The translations under genes were made by a program, and so were the position numbers. A stretch of DNA of 64,000 nucleotides from an uncultured Verrucomicrobiae bacterium (GTDB lineage Bacteria; Verrucomicrobiota; Verrucomicrobiia; Limisphaerales; Palsa-1400), in assembly GCA_963764165.1 (NCBI GenBank), contig CAVXRD010000004.1, positions 448,001-512,000 of the forward strand, in the 5' to 3' direction. Below are positions 48,476 to 57,858 of the stretch, one piece after another. Position 1 is the stretch's first letter; each line of letters starts with the position of its first letter. Under the pieces are notes generated by a model. The model was not told the DNA's origin. It saw only the letters and a list, made by a program, of their open reading frames with translations, and searched no databases.

Positions 48476-51400
48476 TCACAAAATCGAGTTAAGTGGAAAG
48501 GTCAGGACGACACGCGTCCCCTTCCCCGGTTCGCTTTCCAAATGCGCTTCTCCGCCGTCCTCTGCCAGACGCGCCCGCATGTTTTCCAAGCCGTTGCCGA
48601 GCCCCTCCGATTTCGCGATGTTGAAACCGCGGCCGTTGTCTTCCACTTCAAGAGTCACGCGCTGTTCCTGGAGTTTGATGCGCAGCCAAACTTCCGTTCC
48701 ATGCGAATGCTTAAGAGCATTGTTAAACGCTTCGCGCACGGCCAAGAAGACGTTGTGGCGAACGTCCGCGCGCAACGGCACGGCGGGGAAGACGTCGGGC
48801 ACTTCCTGCCAGCAGCGGATTTCGGTATACTCAAAAAACTCGTCGCTGAAACGGCTGACGTATTCGGCGAAACTCACCAGCGTGTCGTTTTTTGGGTTGG
48901 TGGCCCAGACGATTTCGTCCAAGGCCTGCACCGCCACTCGTGCCTGGCTGCCAATTCGCTCCAAACGATTCTTGACAAGGTCTTTGTTCCCGGCTTCGTT
49001 CAATCCGAGATCGCTCAATTGCGAAACCTGCGTCAACACGCCGCCGACGTGGTCGTGCATGTCCTTCGAGATTCGCAGCCGCTCGCGTTCGATCGCGTTG
49101 AGCGTTTGCAATCGCAGCAACCGGCTCGCGTAGCGGGCGCGCAGCACCCACAGCAGCAAGCCCGCCAGCATGATGAACAGCGCCGAAAACACCATGAACC
49201 GGAACCACGCCGTTTCCCAATAATACGGCTGCGCGCTCACCGCGAGGACGGCGTCGTCATCACTCCAGACGCCGGCGGCGTTGCAAGCCTGGACGTGGAA
49301 CGTGAATTCCCCGGAAGGCAAGTGCGGATAATAAACCGTCCGGCGCCCCAGCGCTTCCGTCCAGGCATCGTCCAATCCTTCGAGACGATAGCGGAAGAAT
49401 ATTTTCTCGGGAGCCGAGAATTCCAGCGCGGTGTAGTGCAATTCCAAATCACGCGGCCCGGGCGGAATTATCAATTGCTTTCGCGTTTTTCCAAAACGGC
49501 CGGCCACCGTGAAATTCGTGGAGACTTGGGTTCGCCCATTGACAAGCAGTTCCTCCAACACGGCTTTCGGCGGCGGCTTTTCGGCGCCCTCATTGTCCTG
49601 ATTGAGAAAGACCAATCCGTGAACGGTGGAAAAACAGATGAGGCCGGATTTCGTTTTCAATCCCGCCGGACAGAATCCCCCGGAACATTCGTCGGCAGGC
49701 AAGCCGTCGTTGAGGCTGAATTGCCGCGCATGAAAAAACGGGAGCGCTCCGTCAGAGCAGTCAATTAAATTCTTCCTGGCAACTTTGTAAATGCCGGAAT
49801 CGCACCCGAGCCAAAGAAATCCATGATCGTCTTCGACGATTTGTGAGACGGTGCGTGGCAAGAGGCCCTGCTCCGGCGTGAACGTGGTGGTTTTGCCATT
49901 GCGCCAGCAGCTTAGTCCCCCGCCCTCCGTGCCGATCCAAAGCGTCTGGTCCGGATCCAGATGGAGCGCGCGAACGGAAATGCTGGCCAGGCCATTTGTA
50001 ATCGCGAAAATGTTCGGGTTTCCCTCGTTTACCCGCTTCACGCCGCTATCGCTGGTGCCCACCCACAGGCTTCCATCGGGCTGGACGGCAAGGCAGGTCA
50101 CAGAACCATGCGTGACTCGCCCCGGGAACTCCGTGAAATGCCCGCCCTGCCAATGCACCAGTTTCCCGCCGGTCGTGCCAAGCCAGAAACCGCCTTTCCA
50201 ATCATTCTGGAGCGCGATGACAAATACATTCTTGAGCCAGGATTCATTGGTGAAGCAGCCTTCGAGCTGATTGTTATGCCATTGCAGCAATGACCCATTG
50301 CCACCCCACCAGACCGAACCGTCGTCGGTCGCCAGCACCGGACCAACCTCCGCGTAGTAATAAATCTGCTCGCCAAATGGCGCTGGGCGAAATTGGCGCA
50401 TTTCCGAAACATCGCCGGAATACAAGCTGCCGCCCACCGTGCCAACCCACAGTTTGCCGTCCGACGTCTGGGCCACCGACCGGGCGAAATCGTTGGTCAA
50501 TCCTTGCGCGCCTGCCACGACCAGCACATTTCGTTTGCTCAGGCGATTCAATCCGCCGGTTCGCGTCCCCACCCAGAGATTGCCATCAGTGTCCGGATAA
50601 AGGGAACGGATGTCATCGGCGGAAAGATGGTCCGCGCGGCGCAGGCTGGAAAAATGCCCGTTGTCGAAACGGTACAAACCTTCGTCGAGTGATCCGGCCC
50701 ACATGGTTCCTGCCGAATCCTCAGCGAAGCAGCTAATGTAAGCGAAAGGCAATCCGTTGGATTCGTTGTAAACCTGCCATTCGTTGGTCTCGCGGCAGAG
50801 AACGGCGCCGTTGCCGATGCTGATCCAGAAGCGGCCCTGCCGATCTTCGTAAAGGCTGCGGCCCACCAATTTCTCGTGGTCCGGGGGACCGGGGCACCGC
50901 TCCAATTGCCCGCCCGTTTCGACCATGAGACCATCGCCAACGCTGGCGATCCACATGCTTTTTCCATCGCGGCTTCGCAGCAAATCGTGAATGGGCGAGC
51001 GAAGCAAATTGGGGAACGTCGGAACTTCCACCGATTTCCCATCGCGGCAAATCAACAAACCGCCGCGCGTGCCAATCCACATTTGGCCCAAAGAATCCTC
51101 TTGCAGGCAATTGATCGAATCGCTGCCCGAAAGATGTTCCGGGTCGGAAATCAGATCGATATGCCCATCCTGCATCACACACAATCCCGCGCCATCGGTG
51201 CCAATCCAGAGCCGCCCCTGTTTATCTTCGCAAAGGCATGAAATATCGACGCTCGAAAGTCCGCTTTCCAACCCGAGAGTTTTGAAGCGCACGCCGTCGA
51301 AGCAAGCCAGCCCATCGCGCGTGCCCAGCCACATATAACCGTCCTTCGTTTGCACGATTGCGGTGACGGTGTTTTGAGGCAGGCCGGCTTCTGTTCCCCA

Positions 51401-51520
51401 CGAGCGAATAATCGGGGTTTGAGCCGGGCCGGTGGAAATTTCCGCACCGGACAAAAGGCTTGGCGGACAGACTAACTTCAAGACCGCGACAAGAACGAGT
51501 AATCGAAAAAGCGAACGCAT
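48476..51520 (-). CDS. Sensor histidine kinase (beta-propeller, Y_Y_Y, HisKA_3, HATPase)
   Basis: GLPQNTV/LWIGT repeats, FRYRLEG, ERLRISKDMHD, EAFNNALKH, DNGRGF, GNGL. Confidence 0.95.
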   Translation of the reverse strand: MRSLFRLLVLVAVLKLVCPPSLLSGAEISTGPAQTPIIRSWGTEAGLPQNTVTAIVQTKDGYMWLGTRDGLACFDGVRFKTLGLESGLSSVDISCLCEDKQGRLWIGTDGAGLCVMQDGHIDLISDPEHLSGSDSINCLQEDSLGQMWIGTRGGLLICRDGKSVEVPTFPNLLRSPIHDLLRSRDGKSMWIASVGDGLMVETGGQLERCPGPPDHEKLVGRSLYEDRQGRFWISIGNGAVLCRETNEWQVYNESNGLPFAYISCFAEDSAGTMWAGSLDEGLYRFDNGHFSSLRRADHLSADDIRSLYPDTDGNLWVGTRTGGLNRLSKRNVLVVAGAQGLTNDFARSVAQTSDGKLWVGTVGGSLYSGDVSEMRQFRPAPFGEQIYYYAEVGPVLATDDGSVWWGGNGSLLQWHNNQLEGCFTNESWLKNVFVIALQNDWKGGFWLGTTGGKLVHWQGGHFTEFPGRVTHGSVTCLAVQPDGSLWVGTSDSGVKRVNEGNPNIFAITNGLASISVRALHLDPDQTLWIGTEGGGLSCWRNGKTTTFTPEQGLLPRTVSQIVEDDHGFLWLGCDSGIYKVARKNLIDCSDGALPFFHARQFSLNDGLPADECSGGFCPAGLKTKSGLICFSTVHGLVFLNQDNEGAEKPPPKAVLEELLVNGRTQVSTNFTVAGRFGKTRKQLIIPPGPRDLELHYTALEFSAPEKIFFRYRLEGLDDAWTEALGRRTVYYPHLPSGEFTFHVQACNAAGVWSDDDAVLAVSAQPYYWETAWFRFMVFSALFIMLAGLLLWVLRARYASRLLRLQTLNAIERERLRISKDMHDHVGGVLTQVSQLSDLGLNEAGNKDLVKNRLERIGSQARVAVQALDEIVWATNPKNDTLVSFAEYVSRFSDEFFEYTEIRCWQEVPDVFPAVPLRADVRHNVFLAVREAFNNALKHSHGTEVWLRIKLQEQRVTLEVEDNGRGFNIAKSEGLGNGLENMRARLAEDGGEAHLESEPGKGTRVVLTFPLNSIL

Positions 51521-51606
51521 CCTTTTGGCGTTAGGGCAGTCGCAGCATACCCAGACAGCGCAACGCAGGCAAGACGCTTCATTAAGCCGGAACGATTCGG
51601 TTGGAT

Positions 51607-51753
51607 TTGGGAGCGCGGCCGTCCCGGTCGCTCTGGCCGGCGTCTCGCCGGACAGCCTGGCAAATTCTTGGCGATCACTGTTTGAAAAATTGCCTTTGCA
51701 AAAAGAGTTTTCGGCGGGACGCCGAAAACAGCGGTCGAGACGACCGCGCTCCT
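51607..51753. repeat. REPIN/MITE-like inverted repeat
   Basis: GAGCGCGGCCGTCCCGGTCGCT ... AGCGGTCGAGACGACCGCGCTC imperfect inverted pair. Confidence 0.6.
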
Positions 51754-52129
51754 CGAAACCAATTTGCCTCCCAAATATTATTGAGGGTTACACTCCCGGC
51801 GCGTTTGCAATCCGTTTGGCCGCAGACGGCGTCGGACAAAAGAGCCACAGTGCCAGATCAAGCCAGCCGCGCGATCAGTAGGGCATTGAGTCAACTATAA
51901 TAATTAGGCGGGAACCCTCTGGATCGGCCTATTATGCTTTCCAAAAAACAGGTGTGATTTACTGAGATTTGGTGAGATTTGCTGAGACTGGGTTGGAATC
52001 CGAGGCCCTTGTCTCTTTTTGACTCGCTTCGCCAAATCGGCCATTGGGTGGCATATGTATACATACCCCCCTAAAAAGCCGTCACACCCGTCACAATGTT
52101 GTCAATCAACGACTTAGTCCGTCACAAAT

Positions 52130-53465
52130 GGTTCCTCCACATTTTCAGTGGAATTAGTGCCGGGCTCTGGCTATGCCTTGGGCATGACGCCAGAAAAATT
52201 ATTTCACGAATTGTTGGGACTCGGAATGAAGTGGGAAGTCACCGAAAGCCGTTTTGAATCCAGCAGCGGGACGGTATCCTTGGAAATCCGTGAAACCTCG
52301 GAGCTATGGCCCACGCTTCGCTGCCCCAAGGACGGCGGATTGGTTTCTTGCTACGACCACACCGAATCGCTGACCTGGCGCCACCTCAATGTTTTCCAGC
52401 ATCGCTGTGAGATCACCTGCCGGCTGCCGCGCGGCAACTGCCGCCAGTGCGGCCATGTCTTTCGGGTGCGCCCGCCTTGGGAGGGGTTGAGCACTCACTT
52501 CACCAAAGGGTTCGAAGCCTTCGCGCTCCTGCTCATGCGCGAGATGCCCATGGCCAAAGTGGCCGAGGTGACCCAGGAGAGCGACATGCGCCTGTGGCGG
52601 ATGCTCTTCAAGCATGTGGAGGGCGCTTACGCCCAAGCCGATTTTAGCAACGTCTGCTGCGTGGGCGTCGACGAGATGGCCCTGCGCAAGGGCCAGCATT
52701 ACATGAGTGTCTTTGCCGATTTGGCGGCCAAGAAGGTGATCTTCGCCACCGAAGGCCACGGCCACCAGAACGTGGGAAGTGTTTGTCCAGGCCTTGGAGG
52801 CTCACAACGGCGATCCGCGCGCCATCACCCAGGTGAGCATGGATATGAGCGCGGGCTACCAGAAGGGAGTCCAGGAGAACTGCAAAAACGCGCGGGTCGT
52901 TTTTGATAAGTTTCACGTCTTGGCCAATGCCAGCAAGGCGGTGGACCAAGTGCGCCGGGCGGAGTCGCAGGTGGGCGGGCAGGAGGCGCGGGAGTCGCTG
53001 CGCAAGAGCCAGTGGCTCTGGCGCAAGAACCCGGAGAACCTCAACGAGGAGGAGGCGGCCCGGCTGGCCAAGATCGAAGAAAAAAATCTCTGCACCAGCA
53101 AGGCCTATCAGATGCGCCTGGTCCTGCAGGACATCTATCGCAGCCCCACCGCCGGAGAGGCTCAAAAGCGTTTTAAGATCTGGTGCCGCTGGGTGCGGTG
53201 GGTGGCGCGATTTTACAAGTCCTACATTTTCAAGGCCATGGTCAGGATGGCCGACCAGATCACCGATCACCTGCAGGGCATCCTGGCCCACTGGAAATCG
53301 GGATTGACCAACGCCTTTATGGAAGGACTCAACAGCGTCTTCAGCGCTGTCAAACGCAAGGCCCGCGGGTTTCGTTCCCCCGTTTACCTCACCACCATGC
53401 TCTATCTGGTGGCCGGAAAACTCCGCCTCCCCCATTTCTAATTCCACTGAAAACGTGGAGGAACC
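52130..53465 (+). mobile_element. ISL3-family insertion sequence (1336 bp)
   Basis: 28-bp IRs GGTTCCTCCAC(A/G)TTTTCAGTGGAATTAG (27/28 match); 8-bp target duplication TCACAAAT at 52122-52129 and 53466-53473. Confidence 0.95.
52184..53441 (+). pseudogene. ISL3 transposase, frameshifted near 52768
   Basis: zf-ISL3 region, VGVDE, SMDMS, VFDKFHV, TNAFMEGLNS..KRKARGFR split over two frames. Confidence 0.88.
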
Positions 53466-54339
53466 TCACAAATACCGTCACAAACCCTCACACCGACCCG
53501 TCACAAAATCGCCCCTGCCAGCCAGGCGCGCCCAAAACATGCCTGGCCGCAATATGAACTTGTGTGACGGGATTGTGGTCCAGTTTGGACATGCTCCTTC
53601 GTCGAGTATTGGGCTGGCGCCCGCGCGTGGGTGCAATGCGGTTTTTGCCGCAAAAAACAGAGGGTGCAATAGGGTGCAATAGCATGCAATGCCCCGCCGC
53701 AATTTGACGGGGCGGACCTGCGTGTCCGCCCAAATATTCAGTCCGAGCCCAGCGACAACCAATTTACGGTGGGATGCGGATATGTCTTTGCGGCCACTCT
53801 GCGCACTCATCTTCTCTGCGCGAGAGTTCCTTTTGTGGTGCCATGAAACGCCATCGCGCGCGGAGTCGCCGAGAACGCAGAGATTCCTCGCCGCCTGACA
53901 TGAACGCAAAATATCAAAGAACACGCCCTGATGGCGACAGGGTGAAAAATAACGCCGAAAGTCCTTCGTGTCAATTCAGCTTGTAATCGCACGTTTCTGT
54001 GGTATTGATGGTCTTGTGGCACGATTTTGGGGGAAAAATGCGAAAAACGGAATCTGGAACGCCCGAACTCAGGAGAAGTGATCGAAGTTGGACCCAAGCA
54101 CATCGTTAAATTGTATGCCTTGGCCAGTGAGCGCCGTTAGACACGACATATTTGTAGCAACCACGAAGAATGAGCCCCAAGCCCCGTAGGGCGCGACATA
54201 TTGGCAATGTCGCTTTTGCACCAAAACCAAAAGACCGGGAAATTCAACGCAAGGACGCCAAAGCGCAAGGGCACAGCGCGGCAAAGCCGCAACCAAAAAT
54301 AAGAGGAAAGCGCCGTCCGGTCTGGGTAAGATTGGATGT

Positions 54340-55941
54340 ATGCAAAACAAACCGCTTACCCATGACGGCGCTTCCAACTCTTTTGTACACAAACATGCTT
54401 CCTCAATTCTAGGAGTTCTTTCGGGCTTTGATCGCCTGCGATTGCGCGGGACGCTGCGCCAGTTGTACGGCCCCCAGGTGATGGAGGCCTACTTGAACGC
54501 CTGCCACATTCTGATCAAGGATTTCAGCCAGTTGGTCGAACGGACCACCAAAGCGGTCAAAGACAAAGCCAGGGCCCTGGCACAAACAGCCGGGCGGCCT
54601 TTTCTTTTCGTCCCCTCCAGCCAAACCAGCAAGGAGGAGGTGGCGCGCAAGATTGCCGCCCGCGATAAAATCACCGAGGGACTGATCGCCATTCTCAATT
54701 GCACGGAACCCTGCATGTCCTTTCAAGTCGTCGGAAACCCCCAAACCAAACACATTGAGGTGAAGGTTCAGCAGCGCAAGTGCAGCCATCTTTATTTCTA
54801 TTTCGAGCATTCCAAGTTTGGCTTCATGCACCTGCGCCTGCAAACCTGGTTTCCCTTCCAGATTAATATCTGCCTCAATGGCCGGCATTGGCTGGGAAAG
54901 CAGTTGGATCAGGCAGGCATTGCCTATCAAAAGAAGGAGAACACCTTTTTGCGGGTGGCCGATATGGGGCGCGCTCAAGGCCTGCTGGACCAGCAACTGC
55001 AAACTGACTGGCCCAAGGAGCTGGGCCGGCTGCTCAATGAGGTTCATCCCCTGCACCGGTCGATTTGCCAGCCGCTGAACCTCAAATACTATTGGAGCGC
55101 TTCGGACACCGAATATGCCACCGATGTCATTTTCAAGGAGCCCGAGAGCCTGGCCCGGCTTTATCCCAGCCTGGTTCACCATGCCATCAGTTCCTTTTCC
55201 AGCGCGGACGTGATGAGGTTTTTGGGCCGATACGTTCCCATCAGCACGGGCAGGGTGTACGGCCAGTTTGAGGGCGAAATCACCAGCGACACCAAACGGC
55301 GGCCGGAGGGCGTGCGGGTCAAGCACAGTCTTAACGGCAACTCGATCAAATTTTACGACAAGCAGGGCTCGGTTTTGCGGATCGAAACGACGGTGACGCA
55401 CCCGGAGGAATTTAAAGTTTATCGCAAACCGGAAGGCCGGCCCAAGGAGGCCAAACGCTGGCTGACATTGCGCCGGGGGCTGGCCGACCTGAAACGGCGC
55501 AAAGAAATCTCTCACCGGGCCAATGAACGTTATTTGCAGGCGTTGGGATCCGTCAGCGGAACGGTGCCGCTGTTCCAATGGGTTGAAAAATGCTGCAAGC
55601 CCCTGCGGCAGGCGGGGCGGCGCTACCGCGCCCTCAATCCTTGGGCCCCGGAGGACGGACGCCTTTTGGAAATGGTCAGCCAGGGAGAGTACGCCCTCAA
55701 CGGCTTTCGCAGTCGAGACATTCGGCAGGCCTATTTTCCCAGCCGGTGCGATGACCGCGAACTCAAACGCAGAATGGGCTGGATTGGACGCCGACTGCGG
55801 CTCCTGCGAGCGCATGGCTTGATCGCCAAAGTCAGCGGCACCCACCGCTATGTTGTCACCGAGAAAGGGCGCACCACCATTACTGCGCTCTTGACCGCCC
55901 GCAAAGCGGACGTGGACAAATTGACCAAACTCGCCGCCTAA
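54340..55941 (+). CDS. Putative transposase with Rep-initiator-like motifs and C-terminal winged helix
   Basis: FDRLRLRG, HLYFYF..FGFMHLRLQTWFPF, VKH..IKFYDK..LRIETT, LRAHGLIAKV..RYVVT; flanked by inverted repeat units. Confidence 0.65.
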   Translation: MQNKPLTHDGASNSFVHKHASSILGVLSGFDRLRLRGTLRQLYGPQVMEAYLNACHILIKDFSQLVERTTKAVKDKARALAQTAGRPFLFVPSSQTSKEEVARKIAARDKITEGLIAILNCTEPCMSFQVVGNPQTKHIEVKVQQRKCSHLYFYFEHSKFGFMHLRLQTWFPFQINICLNGRHWLGKQLDQAGIAYQKKENTFLRVADMGRAQGLLDQQLQTDWPKELGRLLNEVHPLHRSICQPLNLKYYWSASDTEYATDVIFKEPESLARLYPSLVHHAISSFSSADVMRFLGRYVPISTGRVYGQFEGEITSDTKRRPEGVRVKHSLNGNSIKFYDKQGSVLRIETTVTHPEEFKVYRKPEGRPKEAKRWLTLRRGLADLKRRKEISHRANERYLQALGSVSGTVPLFQWVEKCCKPLRQAGRRYRALNPWAPEDGRLLEMVSQGEYALNGFRSRDIRQAYFPSRCDDRELKRRMGWIGRRLRLLRAHGLIAKVSGTHRYVVTEKGRTTITALLTARKADVDKLTKLAA

Positions 55942-56122
55942 AACTTTGCCAAAAATGAAGAGTTTTCCGAAATAGCACTGCAAGGTTTTGGAGACAGACG
56001 TATCAATGCAAATTCCTTTGCGATTTTGCAACTTTGCGCCCTTGCGTTTAAACGGAGGCGGACGGGCCATTTTGCACGCCCCAGCCCTTGCAATGGCGCG
56101 TGAGGTTGACTAAAGTTCAGTC

Positions 56123-56437
56123 GTGAACGCTGTTGCGACACCGAACCATATTCACCTTGACGCCGAAGGGCGGGCCTGGATTGACGATAGCAACACCAAG
56201 GTTATCGAAGTTGTGTTGGATCACCTCGCCTATGGCTGGAGCGCGGATGAAATCCACGTCCAGCATCCACATCTTTCACTTGGGCAAATCCACGCCGCGC
56301 TTTCGTTCTATTTCGATCACCAGCCGGAATTCGACAGCCTGGTTGGGCAATCGCTTGAGCGGGCGAATAAGCGTGCCGCAGATTCCCAGGATTCACCCGG
56401 TCGCCGGCGGCTACGCGCACTGGGCAAGATTCGTTGA
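56123..56437 (+). CDS. DUF433-family antitoxin
   Basis: GRAWI..KVIEVV..GWSADEI..HPHLSLGQIHAALSFYFDH. Confidence 0.9.
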   Translation: MNAVATPNHIHLDAEGRAWIDDSNTKVIEVVLDHLAYGWSADEIHVQHPHLSLGQIHAALSFYFDHQPEFDSLVGQSLERANKRAADSQDSPGRRRLRALGKIR

Positions 56438-56510
56438 GCGTTCGTCTCTACATGGATGTCCATGTTCCAGCGCAGCCCGCCAATTGTTCAATCGAGTCGA
56501 GTACCTGCCG
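56434..56510 (+). pseudogene. DUF5615/PIN toxin remnant (internal deletion)
   Basis: Coupled start MSVRLYMDVHVP followed out of frame by C-terminal-like FNRVEYLP. Confidence 0.65.
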
Positions 56511-56549
56511 ACAGCGACCGATTTCCCCCTTGCGTTCATGCTGAAAAGT

Positions 56550-56804
56550 ATGCACTTTTCATCCGTGAAGGCGACGCAGACAGAACTGCGCAGAGACACT
56601 GGCCGCATTTTAGGAACAGTGATTCATGGACACCGCTCCGTCGAGCTTACCCAGCACGGGCAAACCGTGGCGGATATCCAGCCTCATGCAAAGCCATTAA
56701 GCGGCGCCGAATTTGCCCGCCGGTGGAAAAACCGCAAACCGCTGGACAAGGCAACGGCGCGAGAAATCGCCGCAGCGATCAAATCCGTAGGTCATCCTGC
56801 GTGA
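56550..56804 (+). CDS. Phd/YefM-family antitoxin
   Basis: TQTELRRDTGRIL..V..SVELTQHGQTVADIQP. Confidence 0.8.
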   Translation: MHFSSVKATQTELRRDTGRILGTVIHGHRSVELTQHGQTVADIQPHAKPLSGAEFARRWKNRKPLDKATAREIAAAIKSVGHPA

Positions 56805-56932
56805 GGTTTCTCATTGATACTTCCATCCTCATCGAAGCCGAGCGCCGGAGTTTTGGCCTTGGCGCTGGCTGCAGAAGGCCGAGGAAGTTCATAAATGCGA
56901 CGCGACTTGCCCCGTTTTGCCCCCTGAGGTGA
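56801..56932 (+). pseudogene. Truncated VapC/PIN toxin
   Basis: GTGA-coupled MRFLIDTSILIEAERR, then loss of similarity and a stop after about 43 codons. Confidence 0.7.
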
Positions 56933-57041
56933 GGCCCAATCCGCGCTGGAATTTCAAACCATCCTTGCAGTCGCATCCCATGAAATATATTACTTGATGG
57001 TCAAGGCGTCTGTTACCCTCAGCCGCTTCGTCGCACATAGC

Positions 57042-57848
57042 ATGAAGACAACACATCACGGATATTTTCAATCGCTAGCGCGTGAATTGGAGTCGCAAGC
57101 GTCACGCGTCCGCCAACTGATTGGTGACGGACATTGGGCCCACGACGGGCGGCATAAGGAAGTATTACTCCAAAGTCTTATCCGTCGCCACTGTCCGTCG
57201 ACCGTCCTTGTTAGCACTGGCTTTGTCGTTTCATCTAACGATCCCGAGGTTCGCAGTAAGGAGCAAGACGTGTTGATAATTAACACATCCACCGAAGCGC
57301 CATTATTTCACCAAGGAGACTTGACAGTTGTGTTTCCGCATACCGTCATTGCGGCAATTTCGGTTAAAACCACGATGAATGATGAAACCCTCAAAGATGT
57401 CGTCGACGGACTCGCCACTGTGCGGGAAACCGCGAGAGACTGTCAGTGCAAAGCAAACCGAATCTGTTGCTGCGGATTCTTTTTTAACATAAAGCCGATG
57501 ATTCGCCAAAAACCTGAGGCGATTTATAAAAGTCTTAAAAAGCACATTCGATCCCGGCCTATTAAACCACCGCTCCTAGAAGACGGCCTTCCTCATATTG
57601 CAGGTCCTGATGCAATCGTGGAAGCAAATGACCTGTCATTTCTGTTAGACTATACCGTTAATAATAATATATCCGCTGCAAAAGTCCGCGGTTTCGATTG
57701 CCCGGGACTTTCCACCGCTGTATTTCTTTCATGTCTATTAGAACACATTAACTTCTTTTTTGATCAAAGGCATTCGAAATTTAACGATTTACTTTCGAAT
57801 CAACGGCTCGAAAGCATTTCGCCTCCCGAGTTTCAGATTTTACCCTGA
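57042..57848 (+). CDS. DUF6602 / NucC-like PD-(D/E)xK nuclease
   Basis: H..DGRHKEVLL..LIRRHCP..VSTGFVV..SKEQDVLI..P..VIAAISVKT; AT-rich. Confidence 0.75.
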   Translation: MKTTHHGYFQSLARELESQASRVRQLIGDGHWAHDGRHKEVLLQSLIRRHCPSTVLVSTGFVVSSNDPEVRSKEQDVLIINTSTEAPLFHQGDLTVVFPHTVIAAISVKTTMNDETLKDVVDGLATVRETARDCQCKANRICCCGFFFNIKPMIRQKPEAIYKSLKKHIRSRPIKPPLLEDGLPHIAGPDAIVEANDLSFLLDYTVNNNISAAKVRGFDCPGLSTAVFLSCLLEHINFFFDQRHSKFNDLLSNQRLESISPPEFQILP

Positions 57849-57858
57849 CTCTTCGCCT

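Noticed and set aside
52755..52780. Programmed frameshift in the ISL3 transposase
   Set aside because: No slippery run and ISL3 transposases are normally single ORFs; similar 1-nt shifts near 29750, 36878 and 61290 suggest decay or sequencing indels
54409..56070. 553-aa minus-strand ORF
   Set aside because: Antisense shadow of the 533-aa transposase-like gene
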